Shown here: one piece after another, positions 36,076 to 49,302 of the stretch
Layout: the number at the start of each line of letters is the position of its first letter
Position numbering within the stretch: the stretch's first letter is position 1
Source: Lama glama
Lineage: Eukaryota
DNA length: 64,000 nt
Direction: 5' to 3'
NCBI GenBank assembly: GCA_028534125.1
Contig: CM052832.1
Span: forward strand, 24,802,001-24,866,000
Translations under genes and position numbers: made by a program
Notes under the pieces: generated by a model
What the model was told of the DNA's origin: nothing
The model's database searches: none
What the model saw: the letters and a program-made list of their open reading frames with translations, nothing else

Positions 36076-38524
36076 CCTGCTTGCTTTGAAAACCTGAAGC
36101 TGTGCGAGGTGTGGGCTTGCATTTGGGTGCCCTGTCCCTGGTTTTCTGAAAAGACTGGGTCTGATTATAGAATGTGTGCTTTAGAGCCAAAGATGTCTTG
36201 GCCGTCAAACAATCCTTTTTCCCCACTAGAGCTCCCAATGAAGAAACGTTCTTGGGTCCCTGACCTGCAGCTCTGTAGGAGACACACCAAAAGTCCTGTA
36301 CTGAACAGGACACAGGAGGGAGAGAGGAGTCAGTGATTCATGCTCAGATGGCTTTAGATTTGTGCCTCCTCACTGCATAGGGCACTGCTGTAGTACAACT
36401 GAGCCTCATACCATTAGCGCTAAGTATAAAAAAAGAGTCCCTGATTTGTGGTCATCCAGGTATGTCATCATGGCTTAAATAGCCCAGAGAGCAAGACAAA
36501 GGGGCAACCACCACAACTCAAAATTCAATGCCTTTTATCCAACAGTAGCTTGGTTTATACAACTTCCAGAAAAATCACAGTATGAAACAATTTAGATTGC
36601 AGAGAAACATACAGGTTTTCTTGTATTACGAAAATATTCATCACAAAATTCTTTTAAGTAGGAAGTTACTTGAGCACATCAAAACAGTATTGACTTACCC
36701 CAGTTTATTATTCATAGCTTTCTTTAGTATCCCTGGGTTTATGTGAAATTTTCTTGCACTTTTATTACTATAAAATAACTCAAATTTCAGATCTTCTAAC
36801 CTAGAATAAAATATGGCAAGGTTTATATATAGTATATGTCTACAATGGTTTATACCCTCCTTTTCATGCGTGTGGACCAATTTCCAAATAAATAATGTGA
36901 CATAAAGGCAAGGCTCTGGCTGCCTCTGTAACCCAGCCCATTTGTGCTCTCTGCATGACTGACAGGTTCATTGCCAAGTATCTCCAGCCCCGCGCAGGCA
37001 TGTCAAGAGAGACGGCTGTGATCACCTAATTAGAGCAGAATCAAGGGGGGAAGCCCATGCTGGTTATCCAGGATCCCTGTGATCAGCTATTATCAAAGTC
37101 CCGAGGCTTTCTCTTCTGATAAAAATGTCAACCTCAGGAGGAAATGTCTGCTACAGCTTCTTAAACAGAGGGCAGTGGAATTTAGAGAAAGATTAAAAAA
37201 AAAACTTAAATCAGCATCATTGATTACGAACATCAGTAAGCATACAAAGGACTCTGAACATTTACATTTGCTCTCCTTCACCTCTCACCTCTTCATTCCC
37301 AAAGGTCATGCCAGTCAGACCATCACCAGCTCCACTTCCTCTCCTGCCACATCCTCCCTGTCAAAAGTATGAACAGAATCCAGATTTCAAAGGATAGCTA
37401 CCTGTTTTTCCCCATTACAGTTAACATTAGCCTTCATCAATAAATACTATGATTCATTTCTGTCCTTTCTTATTTAAACCATTCTCCATCTGCACCAGCA
37501 GTCAGGTAACTCACATGCTGGCATATGTCTGACTCGCCTTATGATGGAGGATGTGGCATGAAACTGCAGCATCCTTTTTTCCTGGGTAGAAAAGTGTTCT
37601 GGATACACCATACCAGGTAAGCAGAAGAGGCAATAGGGAAGTCTGGCTCCTTGGCAAACAATTTGATGAGAAAAATTTGTCTCCAAGAAATGTCTCTTTG
37701 GAGCTAAGTAAGACAAGAGGCATCCAAGATTTGAAAGGCTCAGGCATTCGTTAATTTTTATCTGATCATGTATGTTAAATATTTTCCCAAGTGGAGTCCC
37801 GCTTTGCTAGAGTGGATTCTACAGTTTACAGTTAAAGTTTCTCAATACAGATCTATCCATTCTGCACTGAAAAATAGACATCACATGTGTTGGGTGGCCG
37901 TTTCATTTCATTCTTCATTGCATTCATGTCATTCACCTATTCTTTCATTCAAAAAGTGTTATATTCATGGATCAGGCTTATTATAGCAATGATACAGAGC
38001 AAAAAAGCAGCAGGAAAGAGGTTTGCGTCTTTGGTGTCCAGAGAGCCCAGGCTCAGGCTTGTGTGTCATTTCCCTTCTGAGACTGCACTGGTATCCCCTC
38101 TCTAGCAGTGAAACACAGGGACATGGGTGGTAGGTCTCTGCCCAGGGAAGCCCCTGTGAGGCTGGGGGAGCTGATCACATAGGCATCTCCTGCTATGCAT
38201 CCAGCCATGGCAACTCAGGACCCCAAGAATAAAACCAGGCGCATGTCATCAATCTTGATATTTGTGAAAAGCCACCTGACTGGCTAGCATGGCATGGGTT
38301 GACACTGTAGGTGTATGAAACAGAATCATCAGTCACAATAGGAAGGATATTCTGAGAGCCACATTCCCAGAGGTTGGTCAAGGATCAGTCATGGTTCCAG
38401 ATTCTTCTGGAGACAGCAGAACTAAGCAACCAGACCTGCTCTGTTAACTCTTCATACTCTCCCTAACCACAGTTGATCTAAGGAATTTTTTGTAAAAAGT
38501 ATTGCAATTATTGTTGTCATTGTG

Positions 38525-38968
38525 TTTATTCATTCTTTTAATTCAACAACTATTCACTGACCTGAGAGAATGTTCAAGAATTGAGTTGGGTATAAGAATC
38601 ATACAAATAGGCTAAAGTAAATAAGACGACGTATCAATCATCACACAAGCCACCATCATGACTTATCATAAAGTTGTATTTGAGAAAGCGTATTTTTAGG
38701 AAACAATAGAAATAAATAGTCAAAAGGGGAGGTCGCAGGAGGCTGCAGGCTCTGAGTGGCATTGGGTTTTGGTGAAGGACTTGGAGAGGAGGCAGACAAG
38801 CAGACTGGAGAAGGGAGTCTTCCCAGGAGTGTACGCTCAGGACCCATAGCTCAGACGTGGGACTCTGTGAGGTACATGCAGGGTCACTGAGATAAGATTT
38901 GAGATGTATGTGAGGACCAGATTCTGGATGATTTTGAATACCAAAGGAGTTTACATTCTATCATGCAG
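38525..38968 (-). mobile_element. L2 fragment
   Basis: attcaacaactattcactga tail and a diverged purine-rich body. Confidence 0.55.
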
Positions 38969-38970
38969 GT

Positions 38971-39472
38971 CAGTAATTCTTAACACTTCTGCATGTTAAA
39001 ATAATTTGAGGAGATATGAAAAAATACTGAGATGCTGATTGTCTTACTTCATTCAGACTGCTATAACAAAAATAGCATGTCCCAGGTGACTTCAATAACA
39101 AACATTTATTTCTTACAGTTCTGAAGGCTGGAAAGTCCAAGGTCAAGGCACTGGCAGATTAGGTGAGAGTTTCCTGGTTCATAGACAGCCATCTCATCTT
39201 CTTTCTGTGTCCTCACATGGTGGAGGGGCAAGAGAGCTCTTTGAGTCTCCTTCTTAAGGGCACTAATCATTAGGGCTCCATCCTCATGACCTAATCATCC
39301 TCTGAAGGCTCTACTCTTTAATACCATCCCATTGGTGGTTAGGATTTCAGCATATGAATTTGTGGAGATGACACAAGCATTAAATCTGTATCCTGATTCA
39401 AGTAGTCTGGCCACTGGTATTAAAAAATTCTCTCCAGGTGACTCTAACGTGCAGTTAGAGCTGAGAACCACT
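38971..39472. mobile_element. MER5-type MITE split by MLT1A
   Basis: Arms cagtaattcttaac...aaaatactgagatgc and ctccaggtgactctaacgtgcag...tgagaaccactg. Confidence 0.75.
39040..39392 (-). mobile_element. MLT1A-like LTR with 5-bp target-site duplication ctgat
   Basis: tgtcttacttc...ctgctataacaaaat...acatttatttcttacagttctgaaggctgg...ttaggatttcagcatatgaattt. ctgat at 39035-39 and 39393-97. Confidence 0.88.
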
Positions 39473-40269
39473 GTTTTAGGCACTGAGGGGCCACTGGTAG
39501 TTTTTGAGCAGTGGAGAAACACAACAGAACTGATGCTCTAGGGAGCTGATGCCCTGGAGTGGGGGTGGCCTGGAGGAAGGAGCCCGTAAGGAGTCTCTTT
39601 CAATCCTACAGTCATGAGGATGTGATGAGGGCCTGCACTGACATTTGTGTTCAATTAAAGCCTAAATTGTGATGAAGAACACAATTCTCTTGAGTTTGTA
39701 CCCACTATGTGCCATAGAAGTGGTCCTGCACCTTGCTTCCTGAACAGTGACCTGCCTCCCTAACCTACACAGCGTGGAAAACCAGGAGGCTGAGAAACAA
39801 GCCTTACAAACGACCCTTTCTCTGCTTAGCAATGCTGATGTTATTTTTAGCAACTACGAGTGATGCTTCAGGAATAACAACTCGACGACTGCCCTGAACT
39901 TTTCCAGTACGGACCAGCCTAAATATTAGTTTCCTCCCTCCAAATTCACTCTCGACCTGAGTGCACAGGAGGAAAATTCCCAGTCGAGTGAAACACAGTT
40001 AATTCCAAAGCCATGTCAGCCTCTACCCCACGGTTCTTTGTGCTGTTCATCAGCTCAGTGGGTGCCCCACAATCCTCCAAGCACTAAAATTCTTCCAGCA
40101 GTTCTAGACAGCTCTAGAGGACTCCAGTGGGATTGAAAAGGAACAGTCCCCAGTTTAGAGAACTCATCCTTAAGATTCTGTTCCTCTGAAGCCACTTCTG
40201 GTATCAGAACTGCACATGCTGAAAACATTCTGATGTTTTTCTACCCATTAGACAGATAATCAAACCCAA

Positions 40270-40697
40270 AGTTTTTATCTCAGCTTAAAAGGTCTTTCAA
40301 AATCTGGCCCTCCAGCTCCTGCATTCTCTCTGACCTTATCCTGGCACACTGCCTTCTCTACCCCTCCTCTGAAATCCATGCTCCAGTTGAAGTAACTGAT
40401 ATTGTCTCTATGGTTCTTTGTTTTTGTTTTTTTGCCTCTAATTTCTGTTCATAGTTTATGTCTCTCTTAACTATCATTTCTTTCAGGAAGCCTTCTCTGG
40501 TTCCCTAAAATGGGATCCAGTAACCCTCCTGGTGCTCCAGTAGTACCCTGTGCTTTTCTCAACACTTGGGGCATGTGAACTTTTCTGGGTGTGACATGAG
40601 GGTGGAGACCATGTCTGTCTTTTCCACACTGTATCCTTGGTACCTAGTACCTGGCTAATGGTAGGCAATAATAAATGTTTGTATCATGAACGAATGT
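40270..40697 (+). mobile_element. L2 3' end
   Basis: ttcaggaagccttctctg...cactgtatccttggtacctagtacctggc...gtaggcaataataaatgtttg...gaacgaatg. Confidence 0.8.
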
Positions 40698-41638
40698 AAT
40701 ATACTCTTGTTAGTTAAAGCTTCCCTACACGCTCTGCAGAGATCGTTGACTGAATTTAGGAGAAAGATGCTTAGGTGGTACCACATAACGTCAGTTCGAA
40801 ACTTTATTCTCTATCCCAATGGAAATGGCTTGAAGAAATGGTGAAATTGTTGCTGACTGGTGAAATTACTGTCCCCCAAATAAATGGATTGGCTAAAGAT
40901 TGGGAACGACTTTTTCTCTTGCATAAAGAAGGCCTGGGTAGTCACTGCAAGGGATGTAGGCAGTGCCACAGAGTTCCTTATTTGAGATTCAAGAGCAAAA
41001 GAATGTTAGGCAAAATTTCATCATTACTTTTGCTATAGCAACAGACCAGAAATCTTGAGGGGGAAAAATAAGTCACACGTAATAACATGAAAAGGCAATG
41101 GGCTGGGTTTTTTTTTTTTTAAAGACATGACAGAAAAATAATAGCAATGAAAAATGACCGTGCTATACCAAATCCTTGGAGAATGGCCTTCATCGTTCAT
41201 TACTACTGTTATGGGGCCCATGCACATACTTTTTCAACCTGACTAAAATATTTAGCTTTCCAGGGAGAAGGATTCTTTCATTTTTCTGCTCAACTATACC
41301 AGAAGAGCATAAGTCAGCTGAAAATTGGATTAAAATGAAACATCAGACAATGAGTTACACCTGCCTAGAACACTGTACTCATTTGTCAATTATTAAAACA
41401 TCAACTCTAACCATTTCAGAATTTTTAAGTACTTATTCCAGAATAAGTGATTCTTTCCATGCAGAGGAAGTGCTTGTTGACATGGGAAAATAAAACGATA
41501 CCTTTTTTATTTATAGGAAAATGCAAAGATTTCCAATAAAATGAATTAAAAATTGATATGCAGGATTTAAGATGATTTATATGGACTTTTATTATAGCAT
41601 GCACATTTCCAGGTAAAGTTACTGCTTATGTTACTTCT

Positions 41639-41690
41639 TTTTTTTTAACATTTTTTATTGGTTTATAATCACTTTACAATGTGTGTCAAA
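41639..41690 (-). mobile_element. Extremely 5'-truncated L1 tail (camelid-type)
   Basis: Poly-T plus aacattttttattggtttataatcactttacaatgtgtgtcaaa, flanked by tatgttacttct / tatgctacctct. Confidence 0.7.
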
Positions 41691-42534
41691 TATGCTACCT
41701 CTTCTTGACTCTTCTAGAACATAAATAATAATATTAGACCATATGCTTAATACATTCAACTGCTGGAAATGGGAATCAACCTGTAAAATGCTCCAGCAAT
41801 GTGGTTTGATTGGTGAACACTTCCCTTAAAATGTTTTGTTATTTAAAAATATTTTTATGAGCTAATAGTTTTAAAAGATACCCAGTCAAGACCAAGATAT
41901 CTAACCCATTAGACCAGAATACTTGCATCTTATGCATGATTCATATATATTCCAAGTGAGGACCTGCACATGAAGCACCTCTACAGCTGCAAGGTTTTCA
42001 TTACACTGGGCACACCTTCTGTACCTCTCTTTTGTGGGTGGTGTAAACATTCCCATCTGAGCTGCAAAGCAACAGCAGAATTGTGACTTGAGAGAGGACA
42101 CAGGACCGGAGGCTGGCCAGGCAATTCAAAACCATCTGTCCAAGGGGCGAGGCAGGAAATGAACAAAGTATGAGGCCAACATGGACAGAGAGTTGGGGAA
42201 TGAGGAGCAGAGAGAGAACAAAGACCTGGTCTGGAAGAATTCTGGAGCCAGAGTGAGGTGGTAGCAGGGCTGTATTCCAGGGTTTGTTACATGATCTGTA
42301 ATTTTCCTTAAGGCACTTCGTCACAGAAGGGCTAATGTTTTCCACTATTGTGGTATTTATGTTTGCCAGAAGAACCACCCTTGAACTAATTGGCCTATAA
42401 CATGACATTAGCATAAGTTCGTGCAGCCTGTTTGATTCACTCGAGAGGCTGGGGCAGAATCTTCAAGCAAGCTTCTTGAAAGAGAAATCTAGAGAGATTT
42501 ACTTTCTCTCTTTGTCATTTCCCATTAACTTTAA

Positions 42535-42975
42535 AAAAAAGTTTTTATTGTGAACTAGACATAAAAACAGAGGACTGTATACAAATGTACAGTTCAGTGA
42601 ATTATCATAAAACACATACCTGTGTAACCAGGAATGAACTTCTCAGCCTCCCAGAAGCCCACTTATGCCCACCAAAGTGGTCCATTACCCTACCGTCTAT
42701 GGTAACCACTTCCTTCCTTTTCTTTATGGGTTTGCCACTTGTGATGATAACCCTGATAAACGAGAATTTTAGGCTTTTTTTTTTTTTACCAACCTTGTTG
42801 AGATGTAATTGATTTATAAAGAACCGCACTTATTAAAGTTGTACAATTTGATGCGTTTGGCCATGTGCAATCAGCCCTCATACCATCACCGTCACTGAGG
42901 TTAGAGCCACATCCAACCCCTTTCAGTGTTCCCTTGTGTCTCTTTTGTGTTTTTGTTTTTGTTTTTTGATGGTAA
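42535..42975 (-). mobile_element. Two L1 3'-end fragments
   Basis: gtacagttcagtgaattatcataaa... and ttgagatgtaattgatttata...gtacaatttgatgcgtttgg. Confidence 0.7.
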
Positions 42976-43199
42976 ACCTACATGAAAACTCCAGGAGGTC
43001 ACACGGAATAACAGATTCGAAGTAACTGAAGTTCTGTTTCTTCGTATTTACTGGCTCTCACATTCTTTATTTGAATCTACTGCTTAATCTGAGGAGTAGG
43101 GAGTTTCCTAAGAGTAGGAAACACTGTGCCCAAAGTGAGCTCAAAATATTCTGAGGAGAAATGGATTTACTCTCGAAATGAAATAATGTGTAGCTGAAC

Positions 43200-43875
43200 A
43201 TTCATGCATGGTTGTTTATTTTCTTCTCATTGAACTGTGGAAATTCTGTGTGTGCTGAAGATAGCACACAGATCTACTTTTTCTTCTCAGTTGCCTTTAC
43301 CTCTCTCAATTGTACCATTTGAAGAATGTATGCTCCTATTTTTAAAGAAGTCCAAAAATCGTTTTTTTTTTTTACAGTTATCCTATTGGCATTTAGTTTA
43401 AGAGATCTCTATATTCAGCATCTTCTAAAAGCTTTACTATTGTACTTTTACTTTAGTTAATAATCTACCTAGAATGGATTTTGGTCTATGACAGAAGTCA
43501 CATTTTTTTTTTCCCATGTGGACTTCAGCTGGCATCATTTATTGAAAAGATCATCCTTTTCCCACTCTTCCGCCGTGTCATCTTTGCGAAAAATCAAGTG
43601 ACCATATACACGTGAACTGTTTGGGGATTCTCTTCTGTTCCATTGGGTCGTCTACCACAGTAACAATTCCATGCTGTCTTTTGCCATTTTATACTAAGTT
43701 TTGGTGTCTGGTAAAGCAAGTTCTTCCACTTTATTTTTCTTAAGGCTTTCCTTGACTACTTGTGGCCCTCAACATTTATAAATAAATTTTAGAGTCAGTG
43801 TGTTAATTTTTTGTATGAAACAAAAGGAAATCAAACAGTGCCTATTGGGCTTCTGATTGGGATTGCTTTGAATTT
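43200..43875 (-). mobile_element. Old L1 fragment
   Basis: catcatttattgaaaagatcatccttttcccact...aaatcaagtgaccatata...ataaattttagagtcag. Confidence 0.75.
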
Positions 43876-44389
43876 TCTTTCTTTTCATGAAAGAAAATTC
43901 AAGTGAAATTTTATCTCTGGATTTGGAAAGAAAGACATATATTTTATTTTTCCAGAATCCTGAGAGATATAGAGCCATGATAAATAGAAATCCAATAATC
44001 TCTTATTTTAAATATTTTTTTAGCAAAATAGTTTATTTATGCAGATAATATCTCAGTTTTGAAAGGCTTCTGGTAAGCTTCTTAAGTAAACTGTTTTTCT
44101 AAAGCAACTATGAGGCTTTATTATCTAAGCATCTGGACATTTCCTATTGCTTTGAACATGAGGGGAAACCAACAAATCAGGATCCATTAGGTTGAGTCTG
44201 ATTCCTGGGGAGAGGGAAGAGGCTTTGTGTAATAATGCATTTTCAGTTTTTAATCCTTGTCAAAGAATATAAAGCAAATCATTCAATTGTATAAGTATTA
44301 ATTATAATGTTTGTTTAAACTTGTTAAAATAATGGTTATATAATCAATTACATGATATAATTACAGTGCATAAAAATTACTGAATTGTC

Positions 44390-44510
44390 ATGAGAACTGG
44401 ATGTGATTCTGGCAAGTTATGAACACTCTCCAGGCCTCAGTTTCTCACCTGTAAAATGGGAGGGTTGAGATGAGCTCTGAAGTCCCTTCAAGAGCCAACA
44501 TCCTAGTCTT
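44390..44510 (+). mobile_element. MIR (MIR3/MIRc-like) fragment
   Basis: ggcaagttatgaacactctccaggcctcagtttctcacctgtaaaatgggagggttg...ctctgaagtcccttc. Confidence 0.8.
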
Positions 44511-44721
44511 CTGCCTACCCTACATGTCCCTCCATAGTGCAAAAAACATGGCACCATAATTATACTAGGGAAATATTTTACCTTTGACTTTCAGCCTTTT
44601 ATTATGTCAAGAAGGTTTCAATGTTTTGTATGTTAAAAAAATCTTTAAGGGAATCATCTAAAAGATCTTAATCAACATTGAAAAATCCATATTCTATAAA
44701 AGTCACCAAAAAATGTAGCAT

Positions 44722-45023
44722 AGTACAAACTTTCAGCTACAAGATGAGTAAGTCCTGAAGATCAAGTACAGCATGATGACTATAGTTAAATATTGTATTG
44801 TTTATCCGAAGCTTGCTAAGAGAGTAAATCTTAAAAGTTCTCACTGCACACACACACAGAAGTAACTTTGTGAGGTGATAGATATGTTAACTAACCTAAT
44901 TGTACTAAGTATTTATATATATGTTCATATATATATATATGTATAAATCATCACATTGTATACCTTAAAACTTACATGATGATACATGTCGATTATATCT
45001 CAATAAAGCTGGAGCGGGAGAAG
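44722..45023 (+). mobile_element. L1MA-like 3' end with target-site duplication aatgtagcat
   Basis: gcttgctaagagagtaaatcttaaaagttctcac...tatatctcaataaagctgg. aatgtagcat at 44712-21 and 45024-33. Confidence 0.9.
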
Positions 45024-46884
45024 AATGTAGCATGATGTTGAAGCTGAACAGACAGCTTTTACATAGTATCATATGTGTGTATAGTCTTGAGGACCACTAG
45101 AATAGAAATAAAGATCGGTGAAAATAAGATGCATACTTAGAGTCTCACGAAATTGAGTGCTTGTCAGTGAAACCGAAATATCTTCGAAACTCACTTTCCC
45201 AGCAGCTATTTTTCCCAACTGGGAAACGTCACATATGTTTAATAAGACCCAGCCCATTTCCCCAAATTATTTTTAATTCTGGCTTTCTCTAGGTGCTCAG
45301 ACATGCTCCTATGTTCTTTTAGCTTTTCATATTTCCCGCCACTCAAGTCTGCTAATTTATTAGTTATGAATACAACAAAAGGCCAAATTCTCAGCTAAAT
45401 TAACCCCCCATTGTTCAGGTCTCTGAGTACAGGGTCAAGAACAAGATCACTAATTCGACTGAAATGAAAATGTTAATAGAGTTACAGCTCTGCACTCGGC
45501 ATAGGAAGATGGAATAAGGCCAACCAGCCATCCCTAAACGTAGTGAAGAACAGCTTTTTGTTACAGCTGAGACACTCTGACTTCATGTAAATGTCAGCTT
45601 ACTGATTAAAAGACCCACCCCACTGGCCTTCCAGATACGTGTCCTAGAAAAAGATCACAGCAATGAGGCTCATCTCTTAGCTGGCCATGGACCTAGGTTG
45701 TTTTGTTCCTAGATAAGCCATGGGAACCCCAATAAGGAGGAGTGGGGTAGGGACAGCATGAATGGAGCTGCTAAGTGTCAATTTTCTCCTGCCCCCTAAT
45801 TTTAAAGCCAGATCACTAATTCTGAGTTGAGATGTTTTCTCCTAGAGCTCTAGTTAAGTATTTACAATTGACTCTTGTCTTTTGGGGTTCAATAGTCTTA
45901 GAATTGAGAAAAGAAATACATGCTTTGTCTATCAGATTGTAAGACCAAAGGTGGCAGAAAGGGTGAACTTTACATCACTTTGATTTCACTTCCATGGGAT
46001 ACTCAAGAGGAAAAAACAAGAACAAAAGAAAGCAGATATTTGTGCTCACATTTAAACTTGGGAGGAAAAAATAACTGAAATGAAATTCAAGTAATAATCT
46101 GATTACCAAAATCAAGATAACAGGTGTCCTGATCTTTTTACAATTTTTAATGTATTCAGATTATATCTATTTTAATATAATCTGTTGGTTGACATGATTA
46201 GAACAGCTTTTAGAAGCAGGAATCATGTTTAGCCATACAATTTTTCTAGTTGCATTAATTTAAGTTTTATTTTTAAACAGGGGCTTTATTATATTTAAGA
46301 ACTGAATGTTCCTAGCAGCATACTCCTGAATCTCTCCTTCCAGGGCCATTTGGTTTTCAGTTATAAATAGCAAAATTTTAGTTGAAATAAAATGCTGTTA
46401 TTCATTTTGTGCCTTACACAGTATGAACAATTGTAAGACTGTGGACTTAGAACCTTAGAGAAGTCAGGGTGTGTAAAAAATTAGTCATATATTATATAAA
46501 ACTAGTTTTTAAAACTATGTATTAGGCACATACATAACTAATTTTATATTATATATAACTAATACGTATAAAACTAATTTTAAAAAACTATACAGTGGCT
46601 CAGAGATGACAAAAGACTTTTATAAATGTCATCAATGTCAGGCAATATTCAAGAGTTTCAAGTATATATATTCAGGTGTCTCTTCTAAACAGTCACTGAG
46701 CTGTAGTGGAGAATCATCCAGAGGGAGGAATGAGGAGCAGTAGAGGACCTTGGAGATGTCAAAAGCTCCTTTGAGACAAGGGAACATCTGTAATTCTGAC
46801 TCAGTTGTACCTGCAGGTGAATTTCCACAATGTCAGCCTTTTGCTGGCATGTCTTCCGTGAGCACCACTGATGAAACTGTATTC

Positions 46885-47053
46885 CAGAGCCTCACTATTC
46901 CAGGTGTGGTCCTCAGACGAACGTCATCAACCATTACCTGGGAGCTTGCTCAAATGCAGACTCTCAGCCCTGTCCCAGACTCGCGGAGCCAGAATCTTCA
47001 TTTTAACAAACTCCCAGGTCTCGTGCCTGCATTTTAAAGTTTGAGAAGCGTGG
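46885..47053. mobile_element. MER5A1-like MITE
   Basis: acctgggagcttgctcaaatgcagactctcagccctgtcccagac...cattttaacaaactcccagg...aaagtttgagaagc. Confidence 0.85.
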
Positions 47054-47439
47054 ATCTGTTTGTCACGTGCTCTGCACAGTATTAGTTAGGGTTCAGGAAG
47101 GAAAAAAACATGGTTTTAGTGAATTACACATGAATACAATAGTCGCCATCAGAAAAGTAATCTCTTAAGTTTTGTTTAACTCAGTGCTTTCCAAATGAAT
47201 TTAACACAGACTCTATTTTATAAATGAAAGATGTATCAATAGCTCCTGGGACACTGCTGTTGGTTCCTGATAAACTTCTCCTGCTAGAAGCTGATGAGGG
47301 TGGGAGAGGATGGTGAAGAACTTTACTGAATACGACTCTGTTGATTAGAAACATGGGAAGTTTATTAGAGCGTCCAGATGCCGTTTCAGAAGTGAATCAG
47401 AAGAAAGACGAAGTAGAAAACCATTATAGCATGAAGCTT

Positions 47440-47652
47440 AATAACGTGACTGTGGATCTGCCACTGACCAGCTGTGTGATGTTAGCTAAGGGTTTTAATC
47501 TCCATGAACCTTAGTTTTCTCCTTGGCAAAATGGAGTTAATCAGAGACCCAGCTTCAACTGTGATGTTCAATTTAGATATGCTCATGAGAAATTAGCACA
47601 CAGTAAAGGCCCAATAGATCTCAGTTATTATTATTGTTACTATTCTTATTAT
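47440..47652 (+). mobile_element. MIR SINE
   Basis: tctgccactgaccagctgtgtgatgttag...ccttagttttctccttggcaaaatgg with a TTA tail. Confidence 0.8.
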
Positions 47653-49149
47653 CCAGAGAGTAAAATGGGAAGAACAGTGTAAGATTATATAATTTAAAAC
47701 TTCCCTATGGTTTTAGGTTTCATTTTCCCTGATCTGTTTTGTAAAGGGATTGGCAATGAAACCCAAAATGTACACGGTTTGTGGGTTAGTTTTTAGGTAC
47801 AGCAAGAACTTGGAATATTTGTGGAAACTACTCCCCTCTTAGTAGTCAGTCTTGAAGGGAGAGCAAGGCTGCTTGCTGCTACCAGGAAGAGAGGAAAGCC
47901 AGAGAGTCCCTGAACCCGCTGCAAGGATGAGAGAGGGACATAAGGAGAGCGCTTGGAGTGGGAGAGGTGGCCCTGGCGTAATAACAAAGGAAAGCTCTAT
48001 GGAATTCCCTGGTGCCTTTTACAAATTTTAGTGCATCTAAAAAAATGCTTCATTTATGAGAGCTGAATCCATGCTGAGGCATGAATTCTTCTCTACTATG
48101 GTTTGTAGGTAGTCGTGGGGTGGTCCCAGCTTTAGCTTCAGTTTTTTAGAATTGCATGGATTAAGAAATACCTGAGCATTGATGATGGATTGCGGGGCGG
48201 GGAGTCCCCATCGTAAGCCTGTGCACGTGTGAGAATAAGGAAAGAACTCATGAACTCAATCTAACTCAATAAACTTGACCCACTTACAAAGTCTCAGTGT
48301 AACAGGGATGCCCACAGGCCAAGTTCAGCGGCTGTTTCAGAGGGATTTAGGGTAAAAACTGAAAATTCTGTCATGTATCAGGGTGAGACACTTTGGTAAC
48401 TCTCCAAGTGTACGCCCTCTTCACCAGTTTCCTGGCCCTCAGGGATCCAGCTCTCTAGCGGTGGTGGGGGAAGGGTCCAGTCAGCATGGGCCACAGCCCT
48501 CCAAGCACAGTGGAACCCAGCAGAAGCAGTAACCATGCTCAACATTGGCAACTCTCCCCAGTGAAGGCGGGTCTACCCAGAAAAGACTAGGAGGTCCTAC
48601 ACATGCTACATGGTAGCAGTTTGGGAGCACATGTTCAATTCCCTTGGGAAAGTGTCCCAAATAGTTTTGGGGCAAACATTGCAGAAAGCTTGGGTCCTGC
48701 TGCAGCAGGGAGCACAGAAAGCCAGCAAAGTATGGATGGGCTCTTACTACCAAACTAGCATTTCAAAACAAGACAAAATAGTTACCCTCAGAAAATGCAA
48801 AAGGTAAGTCATTATGCCTCATAATAACATAAAATAGCACACACAGAGGCAATGCAGTTCTACAAGAGGCTGGTTACAAAGAAGAAGAGTCCAGAGCATA
48901 GAACACAACGTTACTTACCCAGCTAAGTCACCTCCCAGTTCATTCAAAGGCAGCTTCAGTGTGCTCCTGACAGCCCTTTACGTTCCTCTCCCTCCATTTT
49001 TCTCTTTCTGCCGACTTCTCTCTTCCCAGTGTCCTGGCTCTGTCCTACAGGTGCCCCTTGTCATGAAGGTTGTGAACATTTCATTCCTGGCTCCTTCTGG
49101 AGGATGGTGATGGCTTCTTAGAGTCCCATAAGGTGTTTCAGATTCTTTA

Positions 49150-49302
49150 GAGTGGCTCATCCATGGCATTGGGGCACCTGGTTTCTTGTTAAAATACAGG
49201 TTCTGATTCAGTAGGTCTGGGGTAGGGCCTGAGATTCTGCATTTCTAACAAGTACCCAAGTGATACCAGTGTTGCTGGTCTGCAGTCTGTGTTTTGAGCA
49301 AG
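49150..49302. mobile_element. MER5A MITE
   Basis: ttctgattcagtaggtctggggtagggcctgagattctgcatttctaacaagtacccaagtgat. Confidence 0.88.

Noticed and set aside
46480..46592. AT-rich degenerate duplication (tataaaacta.tttt.aaaactat)
   Set aside because: Low-complexity slippage with no functional signature.
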